A stretch of DNA of 64,000 nt from a virus: IMG/VR virus record IMGVR_UViG_3300045120_000498, positions 63,515 to 127,514 of that record; one strand, given 5' to 3'. Both the position numbers and the translations under genes were made by a program. Positions 56,904-64,000 of the stretch are shown piece by piece; the stretch's first letter is position 1, and every line of letters starts with the position of its first letter. Under the pieces are notes generated by a model. The model ran no database searches and was not told the origin of the DNA. It worked only from the letters and a program-made list of their open reading frames with translations.

Positions 56904-56957
56904 CCTTTCCGCGGGGCCTCTCCCCGCACACGGATAGTAGCACACGTTGTGTGTATC
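56904..56957 (-). promoter_or_regulatory. Cassette P9
   Basis: GATACACAC-AAC-GTGTG-C-TACTAT; hairpin+SD identical to P8. Confidence 0.8.
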
Positions 56958-56965
56958 CGCGCACC

Positions 56966-57130
56966 TCATGTGCCGTTCCACAATGCCGCCAGCAACACCC
57001 CGACGCCGACGGCATTCACCGCCAACGCCGCGCCGAACAACCACGAGCCGCCGTGCTCGGCGACCGACGCGACGCCCAGCCCGAGCACGAACCCGGCTGC
57101 CAGCAGCGCCACGCCGATTGCGAACGCCAC
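56966..57130 (-). CDS. Small 2-TM membrane protein (not in ORF track)
   Basis: VAFAIGVALLAAGFVLGLG...GVLLAALWNGT; start uncertain. Confidence 0.5.
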   Translation of the reverse strand: MAFAIGVALLAAGFVLGLGVASVAEHGGSWLFGAALAVNAVGVGVLLAALWNGT

Positions 57131-57153
57131 CCGCCGACGATAGCGCCGCGCCG

Positions 57154-57456
57154 CTACTCCAGCGACGTGTCCCGCACGATCCGCTCCACCACTTCACCAG
57201 GCACGTCCCGCGCCTCCCGCTCGCGCGCCTCCCGTTCCTGATTCACCTCCACCCGCGCCGCCTGCCACGCCGACCAGTGGCCCGACACCAGCGCCCACAG
57301 CGACAGCGCCGACACGAACGTGACCGACTTCAGCCACCCGGCCGCCGCCGCCACCGGAATCAGCACCAGGAAGAACACCGCCAGCCAGCCGTTCACGCGG
57401 CGCATCAGCACCGGCGACCCTTGGACGCTGGCCCACAACGACCGGGCGACGCTCAC
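57154..57456 (-). CDS. Membrane protein (2 TM)
   Basis: Hydrophobic core WLAVFFLVLIPV...VSALSLWALVSG. Confidence 0.6.
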   Translation of the reverse strand: MSVARSLWASVQGSPVLMRRVNGWLAVFFLVLIPVAAAAGWLKSVTFVSALSLWALVSGHWSAWQAARVEVNQEREAREREARDVPGEVVERIVRDTSLE

Positions 57457-57554
57457 CCGCGGCGACGTGGCAGGTGGTTCCAGGCGTAGATCAGGCCGAC
57501 CGCGATCCCGACGATGATCAGCGCGATGATCAGCGTGTGCTCGGAGATGGACAC
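57453..57554 (-). CDS. 33-aa single-TM peptide
   Basis: MSISEHTLIIALIIVGIAVGLIYAWNHLPRRRG. Confidence 0.45.
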   Translation of the reverse strand: MSISEHTLIIALIIVGIAVGLIYAWNHLPRRRG

Positions 57555-57668
57555 GCCGAAGTAGTTCCCGTCACTCGCCCGAGCAACACGGCAAAACGAA
57601 CCCGCACGCCGCGCATTGCAAGTGCGCGTGCACCTCGAACAGCGCCCCGACGACGCACTGCGGGCACG

Positions 57669-58154
57669 TCAGGTCGCGTGCGACTTGGTTTTCATCGCCT
57701 CCCACTTCGCGACCGCCTTGCACGCAGCCGCGCGCGTGTCCGGCTTCACGTTCCCGCCGCCGCGGCACCACCGCTTCACGATCCCGATTGCCATTTGGAT
57801 CGCTTGCGACTCCGACTTGCCGCGCTTCTCCACCAGGTCGTGCGCGATGTGCTGGATGTAGTTGGGCAGCCCGCCCGCGCGCGCGACCCAGTTCGATGTC
57901 TTGCTCGTCGAGAATGGCTCCGGCGTCTTGTCGGCCGCCTCCGCCAGCGGCGGCCCCTCGCTCTCCAGCCATGCCGCCTCCGCGATGATCGCCGCCCGCG
58001 CGTCGCGCACGTCCGTCCGGAACTCGTCGCCGAACCGCCGGTCGCCCGCGATCATCGCCGCCCGCCGCGCGTGGTCGCTCGTGCGGCCCTGCGTCCGCAG
58101 CGACGTGAACGTGGCCTCGAAGAACTCCAGCCGGTCGAACGCCTCATCCTTCAT
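57669..58154 (-). CDS. Probable head-associated protein with conserved SNWVARAGGLP domain
   Basis: LAEA then TSNWVARAGGLPNYIQHIA...AIGIVKRW...AVAKWE. Confidence 0.7.
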   Translation of the reverse strand: MKDEAFDRLEFFEATFTSLRTQGRTSDHARRAAMIAGDRRFGDEFRTDVRDARAAIIAEAAWLESEGPPLAEAADKTPEPFSTSKTSNWVARAGGLPNYIQHIAHDLVEKRGKSESQAIQMAIGIVKRWCRGGGNVKPDTRAAACKAVAKWEAMKTKSHAT

Positions 58155-61014
58155 CGGACACTCCCATCGTCAGCGCGACCGCCTCGCGCACCGTCTCGGC
58201 TGTCAGGCCCATCTGCACCTTCCGGTCGAAGTCCGTCACCGGCTCGCCGTTCAGGCGACGGCCGACCATGCCCAGCAGCTTCTCCGCCGCCCGGCTCATC
58301 TGCACCGGCACGTCCGCCTCCGTCAGCCCCGCCCGCTGCGTCAGCCCGAACCGGCGGTGCTCCGGCTGATCGTCCGGGTTCAGGAAGATCGGCTCCGGCG
58401 TGAACCGGTAGTCCCGGTCGTAGGCGTCCCACTCGAACATCAGGTCGTCCGGCCGATCCTCGTCGTACTCGGCGTAGATCAGCCCGTCCATCGTGTCGAG
58501 CGCCCACGTCGTCGCGTCCTCGCGCTCGAACCCGGCCAACTCCAGCGCGTCTGCCGTGTCGTGGCCCGCCTGGATGTCCTCGATGACACCCTTGACGGCC
58601 TCGCGCGCGTCGTCCGTCCAGTCCTCCGTCGGCCCCTTCGGCGGCTGGATGCGGGTCATCTTGATCGACTTCGGCTCGTCTCGGCTGACCCGCCACTGCT
58701 GCTTCGGGTCGGACCGCAGCAGGTGATGCGCTCGCAACACACCCTCGACCGCCTTGCCGACCGGCTCCCACTCCTGCGGCGGCCACCGGTGCACCGCGCC
58801 GGTCTGCTTCTCGAACTCGCCACGGAACGAGTCGGGCATCGTCGTCCCGAGCCACTGCGCGTACGCCCGCGCCCACAACTCATGCGGCGACGCCGTGTAC
58901 GTCTGATCGCTCGGGTGCAGCCCCACCGAGCGCGTCATCGCCGTCTTGAAGAACCGCCGCCACGCCACCCGCTGCTCCGGCCGGATGAACTGGGCGTCAA
59001 TCGCCGTCGGCTCGTTCGCCGCCACCGTGCTCATCATCAGCATCCCCGGCACCGGGATGTAGCCCATCCGCTCGTGCGCGAGCGCCGCGTCCAGCACGTG
59101 CCCCATCTCGTGCGCGAAGATCAGCCCGCCATAGCCGTCGTCCAGCGTCTCCGAGCGCACCGAGACAGTCCAGTCCGGCGGCGCCGTGTCGCTCGTCACC
59201 GCCCGCACTTCGCCTAGCGCGCGGCCCGTCCGATCACCGCCGACATCCTGCTCCTCGATGATGTGGAAGTCGTCCGGCAGCGCAGGCCAGGCGTGCGCCT
59301 TCGCCATGTGCTGCGCCACCTCGTAGATGGATGTCGTCTCCCGGCCAGGCTTCATGCCCTCCGCGAGCGCGTCCCCGAGCCTCGCGCGGAGCGCCGCCGT
59401 GATCGCTTCGGGCGGCTCCATCTCGCGCGTCCTCGGGTTGCCAATCTCGCGCGACTGGTACGCCAGCGGAATCGGCATCACCACGTACTGCTGCGCGCTC
59501 GTCATCGGGCCGCCGTCGCTGGCGCGCGTGAACTGCACCCCCTCGCCGTACACCCCCGTCATCAGCCGGGCGCCCATCGCGTCCGCCTCGCGCTGCGTGA
59601 GGTCCTGCGGTTCCTCATCCGGACGCCCGCCCCGCGCGATCCCGGCCGCAGCCGCGAACGCCTCGCCCGACGGCGACCGCTCGCCCGTGTCCGTCGTCAG
59701 CGGCAGGCCCGTCTCGTGCCGCGCCACCGCGAGCAGCTTCGACGCGACGCCCTGCCGCCGCACCGACTCATCCACGTGCACAAGCTCGACCGTGCCGCGG
59801 CGCTCGTCCACCGTCAGCAGCCCCAGCGGCAGCCCGGCCGCGAACGCGCCGAACACCCGCGTCGAGGTTTGCATCCCGTGCACCTCGGCCAGGGCCACCG
59901 GTCGGTCCTCGCCCAGGAACCGCACCGTGAACGGCCCCGACCCGGCGCGTGCCTGCGCGCTCGGCCGCGTGTACGTCCGCGCCCACCGCCCGAGGCGATC
60001 ATGCGGATGCCGCAGCTTGTCCCACAGCACGTTCGCCGCTTCCTCGACCGGCTCCACCTCGTCCCACCACGGCAGCGTCGTCACGTCCGGCCCGACGATC
60101 TCCTCGCCGTCCACGACCACCCGATCCGGATGCACCTCCGGCTCCGGCGCGTCCGCCTCGTCCGCCGCCTGCATGATCACCGTCGTCGTCTTCAGCTTCG
60201 GCGGCGACTTCGACGACACCCGTCCCGTCGAGCCGCGGCCGCCCAGCGGCTTGCCGCCCTTCCGCGTCGCAGGCTCATCCGCCGACAGGAACCCCGTCCG
60301 CGACTTGCCCGACTCCACCTCCGCCCGGCGCGCGTTGATCCGCCGCATCGCCTGCACCGTCACGACACCCGTCGGCGGCAGCCCGTAGCCCGACTGGAAC
60401 AGCCGCACGGCCTTCTCTAGCTCCGGGCCGAACACGCCGTCCACCGCCACGTCGTAGCCCAGGTGCTCCAGCATCGTCTGGATGTTCTTGACCCGCGAGT
60501 CCGGGTGCTCCTTCGTGCCCATCCCGATCTTCGCGTACTCGTTCTTGCCCAGCTTCACGACACCCGGCTTCGCCACGCTCGCGCTCGCGCTCGTGCTCGT
60601 CTTCGCAGCCGCCTTCGCAGCCGCGTCCACCTGCGCCGCCGTGTGCGCGTTACGCAGCGCCACCACCGTCCGCTGGTCGAGCTTCCCGGTCACCGGCAGC
60701 CCACGCGACTTCTGGAACTCCGCGACCGACTTCACCCCAGCCGACTTCAACATCTGCGCCGTCGTCGCCGGACGCTGCTGCCGCTGCTGCTTGCGCAACT
60801 GCGCCTGCGTCTGCGACTTCTTCGCGAACTGTCCGCCGCCGACCCGGCCCATCGCCGTCCGCGGATGCGCCTGATTGAACGCGCCCTGCGCCGCGGTCGT
60901 CCCACCCCGGCCCTTCGGCGCCGCCGCCCTCGCCTGCTGGCGCGACGCGACCGAGTACGCCGCCTGCCCCCTCTCGCCCGCGCCACCCGCCAACTGCTGG
61001 CCGTATGTCGCCAT
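58144..61014 (-). CDS. Polyvalent protein (956 aa): 2 PG-binding domains, GNAT, LPD1-like zinc metallopeptidase, two HP tags
   Basis: FQKSRGLPVTG; VDGVFG...FQSGYGLPPTG; VHVDESVRRQGVASKLL; FAHEMGHVLD...HELWARAYAQW. Confidence 0.8.
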   Translation of the reverse strand: MATYGQQLAGGAGERGQAAYSVASRQQARAAAPKGRGGTTAAQGAFNQAHPRTAMGRVGGGQFAKKSQTQAQLRKQQRQQRPATTAQMLKSAGVKSVAEFQKSRGLPVTGKLDQRTVVALRNAHTAAQVDAAAKAAAKTSTSASASVAKPGVVKLGKNEYAKIGMGTKEHPDSRVKNIQTMLEHLGYDVAVDGVFGPELEKAVRLFQSGYGLPPTGVVTVQAMRRINARRAEVESGKSRTGFLSADEPATRKGGKPLGGRGSTGRVSSKSPPKLKTTTVIMQAADEADAPEPEVHPDRVVVDGEEIVGPDVTTLPWWDEVEPVEEAANVLWDKLRHPHDRLGRWARTYTRPSAQARAGSGPFTVRFLGEDRPVALAEVHGMQTSTRVFGAFAAGLPLGLLTVDERRGTVELVHVDESVRRQGVASKLLAVARHETGLPLTTDTGERSPSGEAFAAAAGIARGGRPDEEPQDLTQREADAMGARLMTGVYGEGVQFTRASDGGPMTSAQQYVVMPIPLAYQSREIGNPRTREMEPPEAITAALRARLGDALAEGMKPGRETTSIYEVAQHMAKAHAWPALPDDFHIIEEQDVGGDRTGRALGEVRAVTSDTAPPDWTVSVRSETLDDGYGGLIFAHEMGHVLDAALAHERMGYIPVPGMLMMSTVAANEPTAIDAQFIRPEQRVAWRRFFKTAMTRSVGLHPSDQTYTASPHELWARAYAQWLGTTMPDSFRGEFEKQTGAVHRWPPQEWEPVGKAVEGVLRAHHLLRSDPKQQWRVSRDEPKSIKMTRIQPPKGPTEDWTDDAREAVKGVIEDIQAGHDTADALELAGFEREDATTWALDTMDGLIYAEYDEDRPDDLMFEWDAYDRDYRFTPEPIFLNPDDQPEHRRFGLTQRAGLTEADVPVQMSRAAEKLLGMVGRRLNGEPVTDFDRKVQMGLTAETVREAVALTMGVSDEG

Positions 61015-61051
61015 CTGACGGGAGAGGTTACACGCCGCCACCCGGCGCCGG

Positions 61052-61522
61052 TTACTTCGTCGGCGCGGGCTTCGCTGCGGGCGCTGCGGCCTGCTCCGCG
61101 GGCTTCTCCGGAGCCGCCGGTGGCTGCGGAGGCTGGCCCTCGTCCGGCGGCGCCTCTCCCGTGCCGTCGTCCGGCCCGTCTCCCTGCGCCGCTGCGGCCG
61201 CGCTGGAGTCCATGTTCCCCGCCGCCACCGCCGTCCACGCCTCGCCGCCGTTCTTGAAGATCGCGTCCGGCTCCCACTCGGGCGGAGCCTCCGTGTCCGG
61301 GTCATCGAAGTACCGCAGCCCCGATCCGGCGTTCGGCGTCTCGAAAGGCACGTCCACCGCGATGCCCTCGGACAGCAAGTCCTCGGTGCTCATCCCGGGC
61401 TTGATCGCCGGTTCGCCCGTCTCGTCGCCGCCGTCGCCGCCATCCCCGGCCCTGGGGTCAGCAGCAGCAGGCGGCGTCGCGTCATCGGCGGGCTTTCCGT
61501 CGTCTTCGCGGGGACGCGCCAT
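61052..61522 (-). CDS. Acidic Pro-rich hypothetical protein
   Basis: Low complexity, SD-led. Confidence 0.6.
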   Translation of the reverse strand: MARPREDDGKPADDATPPAAADPRAGDGGDGGDETGEPAIKPGMSTEDLLSEGIAVDVPFETPNAGSGLRYFDDPDTEAPPEWEPDAIFKNGGEAWTAVAAGNMDSSAAAAAQGDGPDDGTGEAPPDEGQPPQPPAAPEKPAEQAAAPAAKPAPTK

Positions 61523-61531
61523 CCGGTCATC

Positions 61532-63334
61532 CTAGCGGGCGGGATGCCGCGGGCGCGCGTCCACGCCCTCGATCTTCTCCTGCGCCTTGGCCTGCAACTT
61601 CTGCCAGAGCGCCTGGTCGATCACCTTGAACTCGCCCGTCGTCGGATCGAACTCCGCGTACGGCTTCGGCGGCCGGAACAGCTTCTTCGGCTGGCCGTCC
61701 TTGCCGACCTCCGTCTCCGACAGGTCGAATCCCTGATCGTTGTCGTACACCGTCACGTGCGGCAGGCCCGTCGCTCCCTTCCCGTGCTCGTCCGCCAACC
61801 GCTGCATGAAGTCCGGGATGGTCGCCGCCACGTCCCGGTGCACGGCCCGCATCACGACCTCCGGGATGTGCCGCCGGTCGGCATCCGCCTTCGCGCCCGC
61901 CGCGCGCCCCGCCGCGCGGTTCAGCGCCTCCTGCGTCGGGATGTCCGTGTAGAGGATGTTCACCGCGCCCGGCACGTCGTTGCCCGCCTTGTCCTTGCCG
62001 TAGCCCGCGTCGCTGAACGACCGCACCCGGTCGCGAATCTCGTCCGTGCTCGTGTCCGAGATGCCGTCCACGATCATGTTCAGCCGCTTCGCTTGCGCCC
62101 GGCGCTGGAGTTCCTGGGCAATCTCCCACGCCTCCCGGTAGACCTGAAGGTTCCCCTCGGGATCGTCCTCGTCGAGCGCCTGCTTGTATTCCGGCAGCAT
62201 CGCCTTGATCCGATCCGGGTCGAGCGTGATCGCGCTCTGCGGCACCCGGCCCTGCTTCCGCGCCAGCTTGATCGACGCGCCCTTCCCCGCCGCGTACCCG
62301 CCGCCCGAGAACATCACCTTCGGCACGCCGTCCGCGTCCGGCTCCAGGTACTTGCCGTTCGGGTCCATGTGCAGATCACCGTTGTCGTCGATGACCGGCT
62401 CGCGCAGCAGCGCGTCAATGATCGCCTCGTGAATCTTCCGGCGCGCGCTCGACCACCGCACCGTCCCATCCGGCTGCACACGCGCGTACTTGTCGAACGT
62501 GTCGTCCTTCGACCCCGCGTCCCGCGCGAACGCCAGCAGCGTGTGTTGCGAGACGGACCCGGCCGGGTTGAAGTGCGCCTCCGCCATCTGGAGTTGCCGA
62601 CCGCGCGTCGCCGCCGACAGCTTGCTCCGAAGCCGCTGGCCCAGCGACTCGGCCTTCGCCTTGTTCGCCTCCGACTGGCCCTTCTCGCGCTGCACGATTT
62701 CGGACGCGCCGACACCGCCCTCCGGCGTCTCCAGCTTCGGCGTCTCGGTGCCCGGCACCTTCGACGTGTCCAGCTTCCGCTCGCGCGCGCCCGGGTGCGG
62801 CGGCGGCTTCGGCGGCTTCGGGCCGGTCGGCGTCGGGTGCTTCACGTTGCCGCCGCGGCCCTTCACGCGCGGCTTGTCCTTCTTCGAGAACACGTGCCCA
62901 TACGTCCTCGAAAACCGGCCCGTGCCGCGGTCGTGCGGATGCAGCTTCGTGTCGTACTTCTTCGCGATCCCGACGATGTTGCCGATCCCCTCCGACAACG
63001 GGTAAAGCTCGGCCAGCGCCGCCTCCAGCAGGCCCTCCTCCTCCAGATCGTCGAGCACCCCGTGCGACAGCATCCCGCTCTCGTCGAGCGTCGCTTCGTC
63101 CGCCTCGCCGCGCCGCAGCAGTTCCTCGCGGATCGTCGCGTTGTGCCGCGCGAGCGCGTGCCGCGTCTCGGCCTCCATCGTCTCAGCCTCGCGCCGCAGG
63201 TCGTCGTCCGCCAGGTAGTGGTCGATCCGCCCTAGCGCCGCCTCCGGCCCCTCTCGCAACACCAGCAGCTTCGCCCGCCGCTCGTCCGGGTCACCCGTCT
63301 GGGCCGCGGACTCGATCTGCGCCGTCCAGTCCAT
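61532..63334 (-). CDS. Zeta-toxin-like P-loop kinase with N-terminal propeptide and HP tag
   Basis: VMFSGGGYAAGKG, LDPDRIKAMLPEY, NMIVDGI, YTDIP..EALNRAAGRA...RHIP; leaderless ATG 6 nt after TAGACT. Confidence 0.8.
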   Translation of the reverse strand: MDWTAQIESAAQTGDPDERRAKLLVLREGPEAALGRIDHYLADDDLRREAETMEAETRHALARHNATIREELLRRGEADEATLDESGMLSHGVLDDLEEEGLLEAALAELYPLSEGIGNIVGIAKKYDTKLHPHDRGTGRFSRTYGHVFSKKDKPRVKGRGGNVKHPTPTGPKPPKPPPHPGARERKLDTSKVPGTETPKLETPEGGVGASEIVQREKGQSEANKAKAESLGQRLRSKLSAATRGRQLQMAEAHFNPAGSVSQHTLLAFARDAGSKDDTFDKYARVQPDGTVRWSSARRKIHEAIIDALLREPVIDDNGDLHMDPNGKYLEPDADGVPKVMFSGGGYAAGKGASIKLARKQGRVPQSAITLDPDRIKAMLPEYKQALDEDDPEGNLQVYREAWEIAQELQRRAQAKRLNMIVDGISDTSTDEIRDRVRSFSDAGYGKDKAGNDVPGAVNILYTDIPTQEALNRAAGRAAGAKADADRRHIPEVVMRAVHRDVAATIPDFMQRLADEHGKGATGLPHVTVYDNDQGFDLSETEVGKDGQPKKLFRPPKPYAEFDPTTGEFKVIDQALWQKLQAKAQEKIEGVDARPRHPAR

Positions 63335-63558
63335 GCGGCAAGTCTACTGACCGACGCCGGTATCTGGCAGTCGCACCGATACCGGCAGAGAGGGGGCCGC
63401 GCTGCCGTCGGCGTGCGACGTGCGGTCTGAGGTGGCGAGGCGGCGCGGCCCTGCGGCAGACTCTAGCGCGCTAGCGGGAAGCCGGGCCGGGGCGCCATGA
63501 AGGAAGCACCCCGGCCCGACGCCTTACCGGGTTTGGGACAGGCCCGGCAATCTCCGGC

Positions 63559-63858
63559 CTACGACGTGCCGATCACGGTGCCGGGCGGCAACTCGCAGGC
63601 CACGCCGTCGTGGTCACGGTCGAGCTTCTTGTTGGCCCGGTACAGCCTCGCGTTGACGTACACGAGGCTGGAGTCGGGCACGCGCCGCGCGGCCCGCCGT
63701 GTCTTCGCGACCCCGGCGATGTAGACCCGGTGCATCGCCTTGCAGTTGCGGAAGTGCTTCACCGATGCGTCCGCCGTGCCGACGCCCGACATCAGGGCAA
63801 GGCTCGCGAGCACCGCGATCAGCGCCGCGCTCGTGAGCGCAATCTTGATCTTCGTCAT
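63559..63858 (-). CDS. Exported Excalibur calcium-binding domain protein
   Basis: Signal peptide; FRNCKAM...LDRDHDGVACE. Confidence 0.85.
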   Translation of the reverse strand: MTKIKIALTSAALIAVLASLALMSGVGTADASVKHFRNCKAMHRVYIAGVAKTRRAARRVPDSSLVYVNARLYRANKKLDRDHDGVACELPPGTVIGTS

Positions 63859-64000
63859 CTTCGTCACCTCCATTCCGGAGCGGTGGCGCTCCAGAACCGG
63901 TCGGGGTTGGAGGGTCCCTGGCCGGTTCTGCAACGTCACCGTGGGGGGGGGGGCCCCACCCCCCCCCCCCCCCCCCCACAACCCACCCGGGGGGCCCGGG

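Larger units (their letters stand above)
4448..63262. repeat. Dispersed 10-mer CTCGCAACAC, 20 exact copies
   Basis: Plus-strand copies at 4448, 14723, 16770, 20412, 22946, 26057, 30731, 40114, 44539, 48407, 48914, 54031, 58731, 63253; reverse copies at 6764, 7034, 7709, 42861, 52325, 62543. Confidence 0.85.

Noticed and set aside
2095-56957. CRISPR array from the repeated GTGTGTATC element, with the PD-(D/E)XK gene as cas4
   Set aside because: Copies are dispersed upstream of genes, not regularly spaced; the nuclease sits beside Bet as a recombination exonuclease; no other cas genes.
57571-57672. Tiny Cys-rich ORF (TCPQC...CAACGFVLPCC)
   Set aside because: Plausible zinc finger but no clear start codon near the upstream stop, so not listed as a feature.
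233-63724. Numerous long plus-strand ORFs and alternate-frame minus ORFs (e.g. 6142..8700, 43746..46499, 24498..26618)
   Set aside because: Arg/Pro/Ala-rich shadow frames of real minus-strand genes in GC-rich DNA; no recognisable domains.
63940-64000. Poly-G/poly-C run at the right edge and the MWGGGGG N-terminus it creates
   Set aside because: Low-complexity end, probably a sequencing or assembly artefact; true Excalibur start taken at 63858.
1-64000. Integrase, terminase, portal or MuF gene
   Set aside because: No matching motifs found; probably outside the window, so lifestyle and packaging mode cannot be called.

Overview
A 64 kb stretch of a high-GC (about 70% by eye) tailed phage or prophage genome, probably infecting an actinobacterium. 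Essentially all real genes lie on the minus strand. In transcription order (right to left) it carries: an Excalibur-domain protein; a block of probable head-packaged cargo proteins (a zeta-toxin-like kinase, a PG-binding/GNAT/metallopeptidase polyvalent protein and others) interrupted by islands of small early-type genes; a lysis cassette; prohead protease/scaffold; a Mu gpT-like major capsid; neck genes; a complete PBSX (Xkd)-like contractile tail and baseplate; a tail fibre; Bet/RecT and a PD-(D/E)XK nuclease; a replication initiator; RusA; a detached second fibre module with a 2123-aa protein; Ku; and a run of tiny genes with a tRNA-like element. Terminase, portal and integrase are not in the window. 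Three features stand out. (1) Unrelated cargo proteins share an [L/V]xE-[A/S/G] candidate protease site followed by an HP[H/R]xxxG[R/E/Q][W/F] tag. (2) The 10-mer CTCGCAACAC occurs in 20 exact copies through genes in several frames and both orientations. (3) A promoter/palindromic operator/hairpin/SD cassette is repeated at 9 loci, with a candidate HTH regulator and an AcrVA2-like gene under it. All family assignments come from motif recognition by eye, not database searches.
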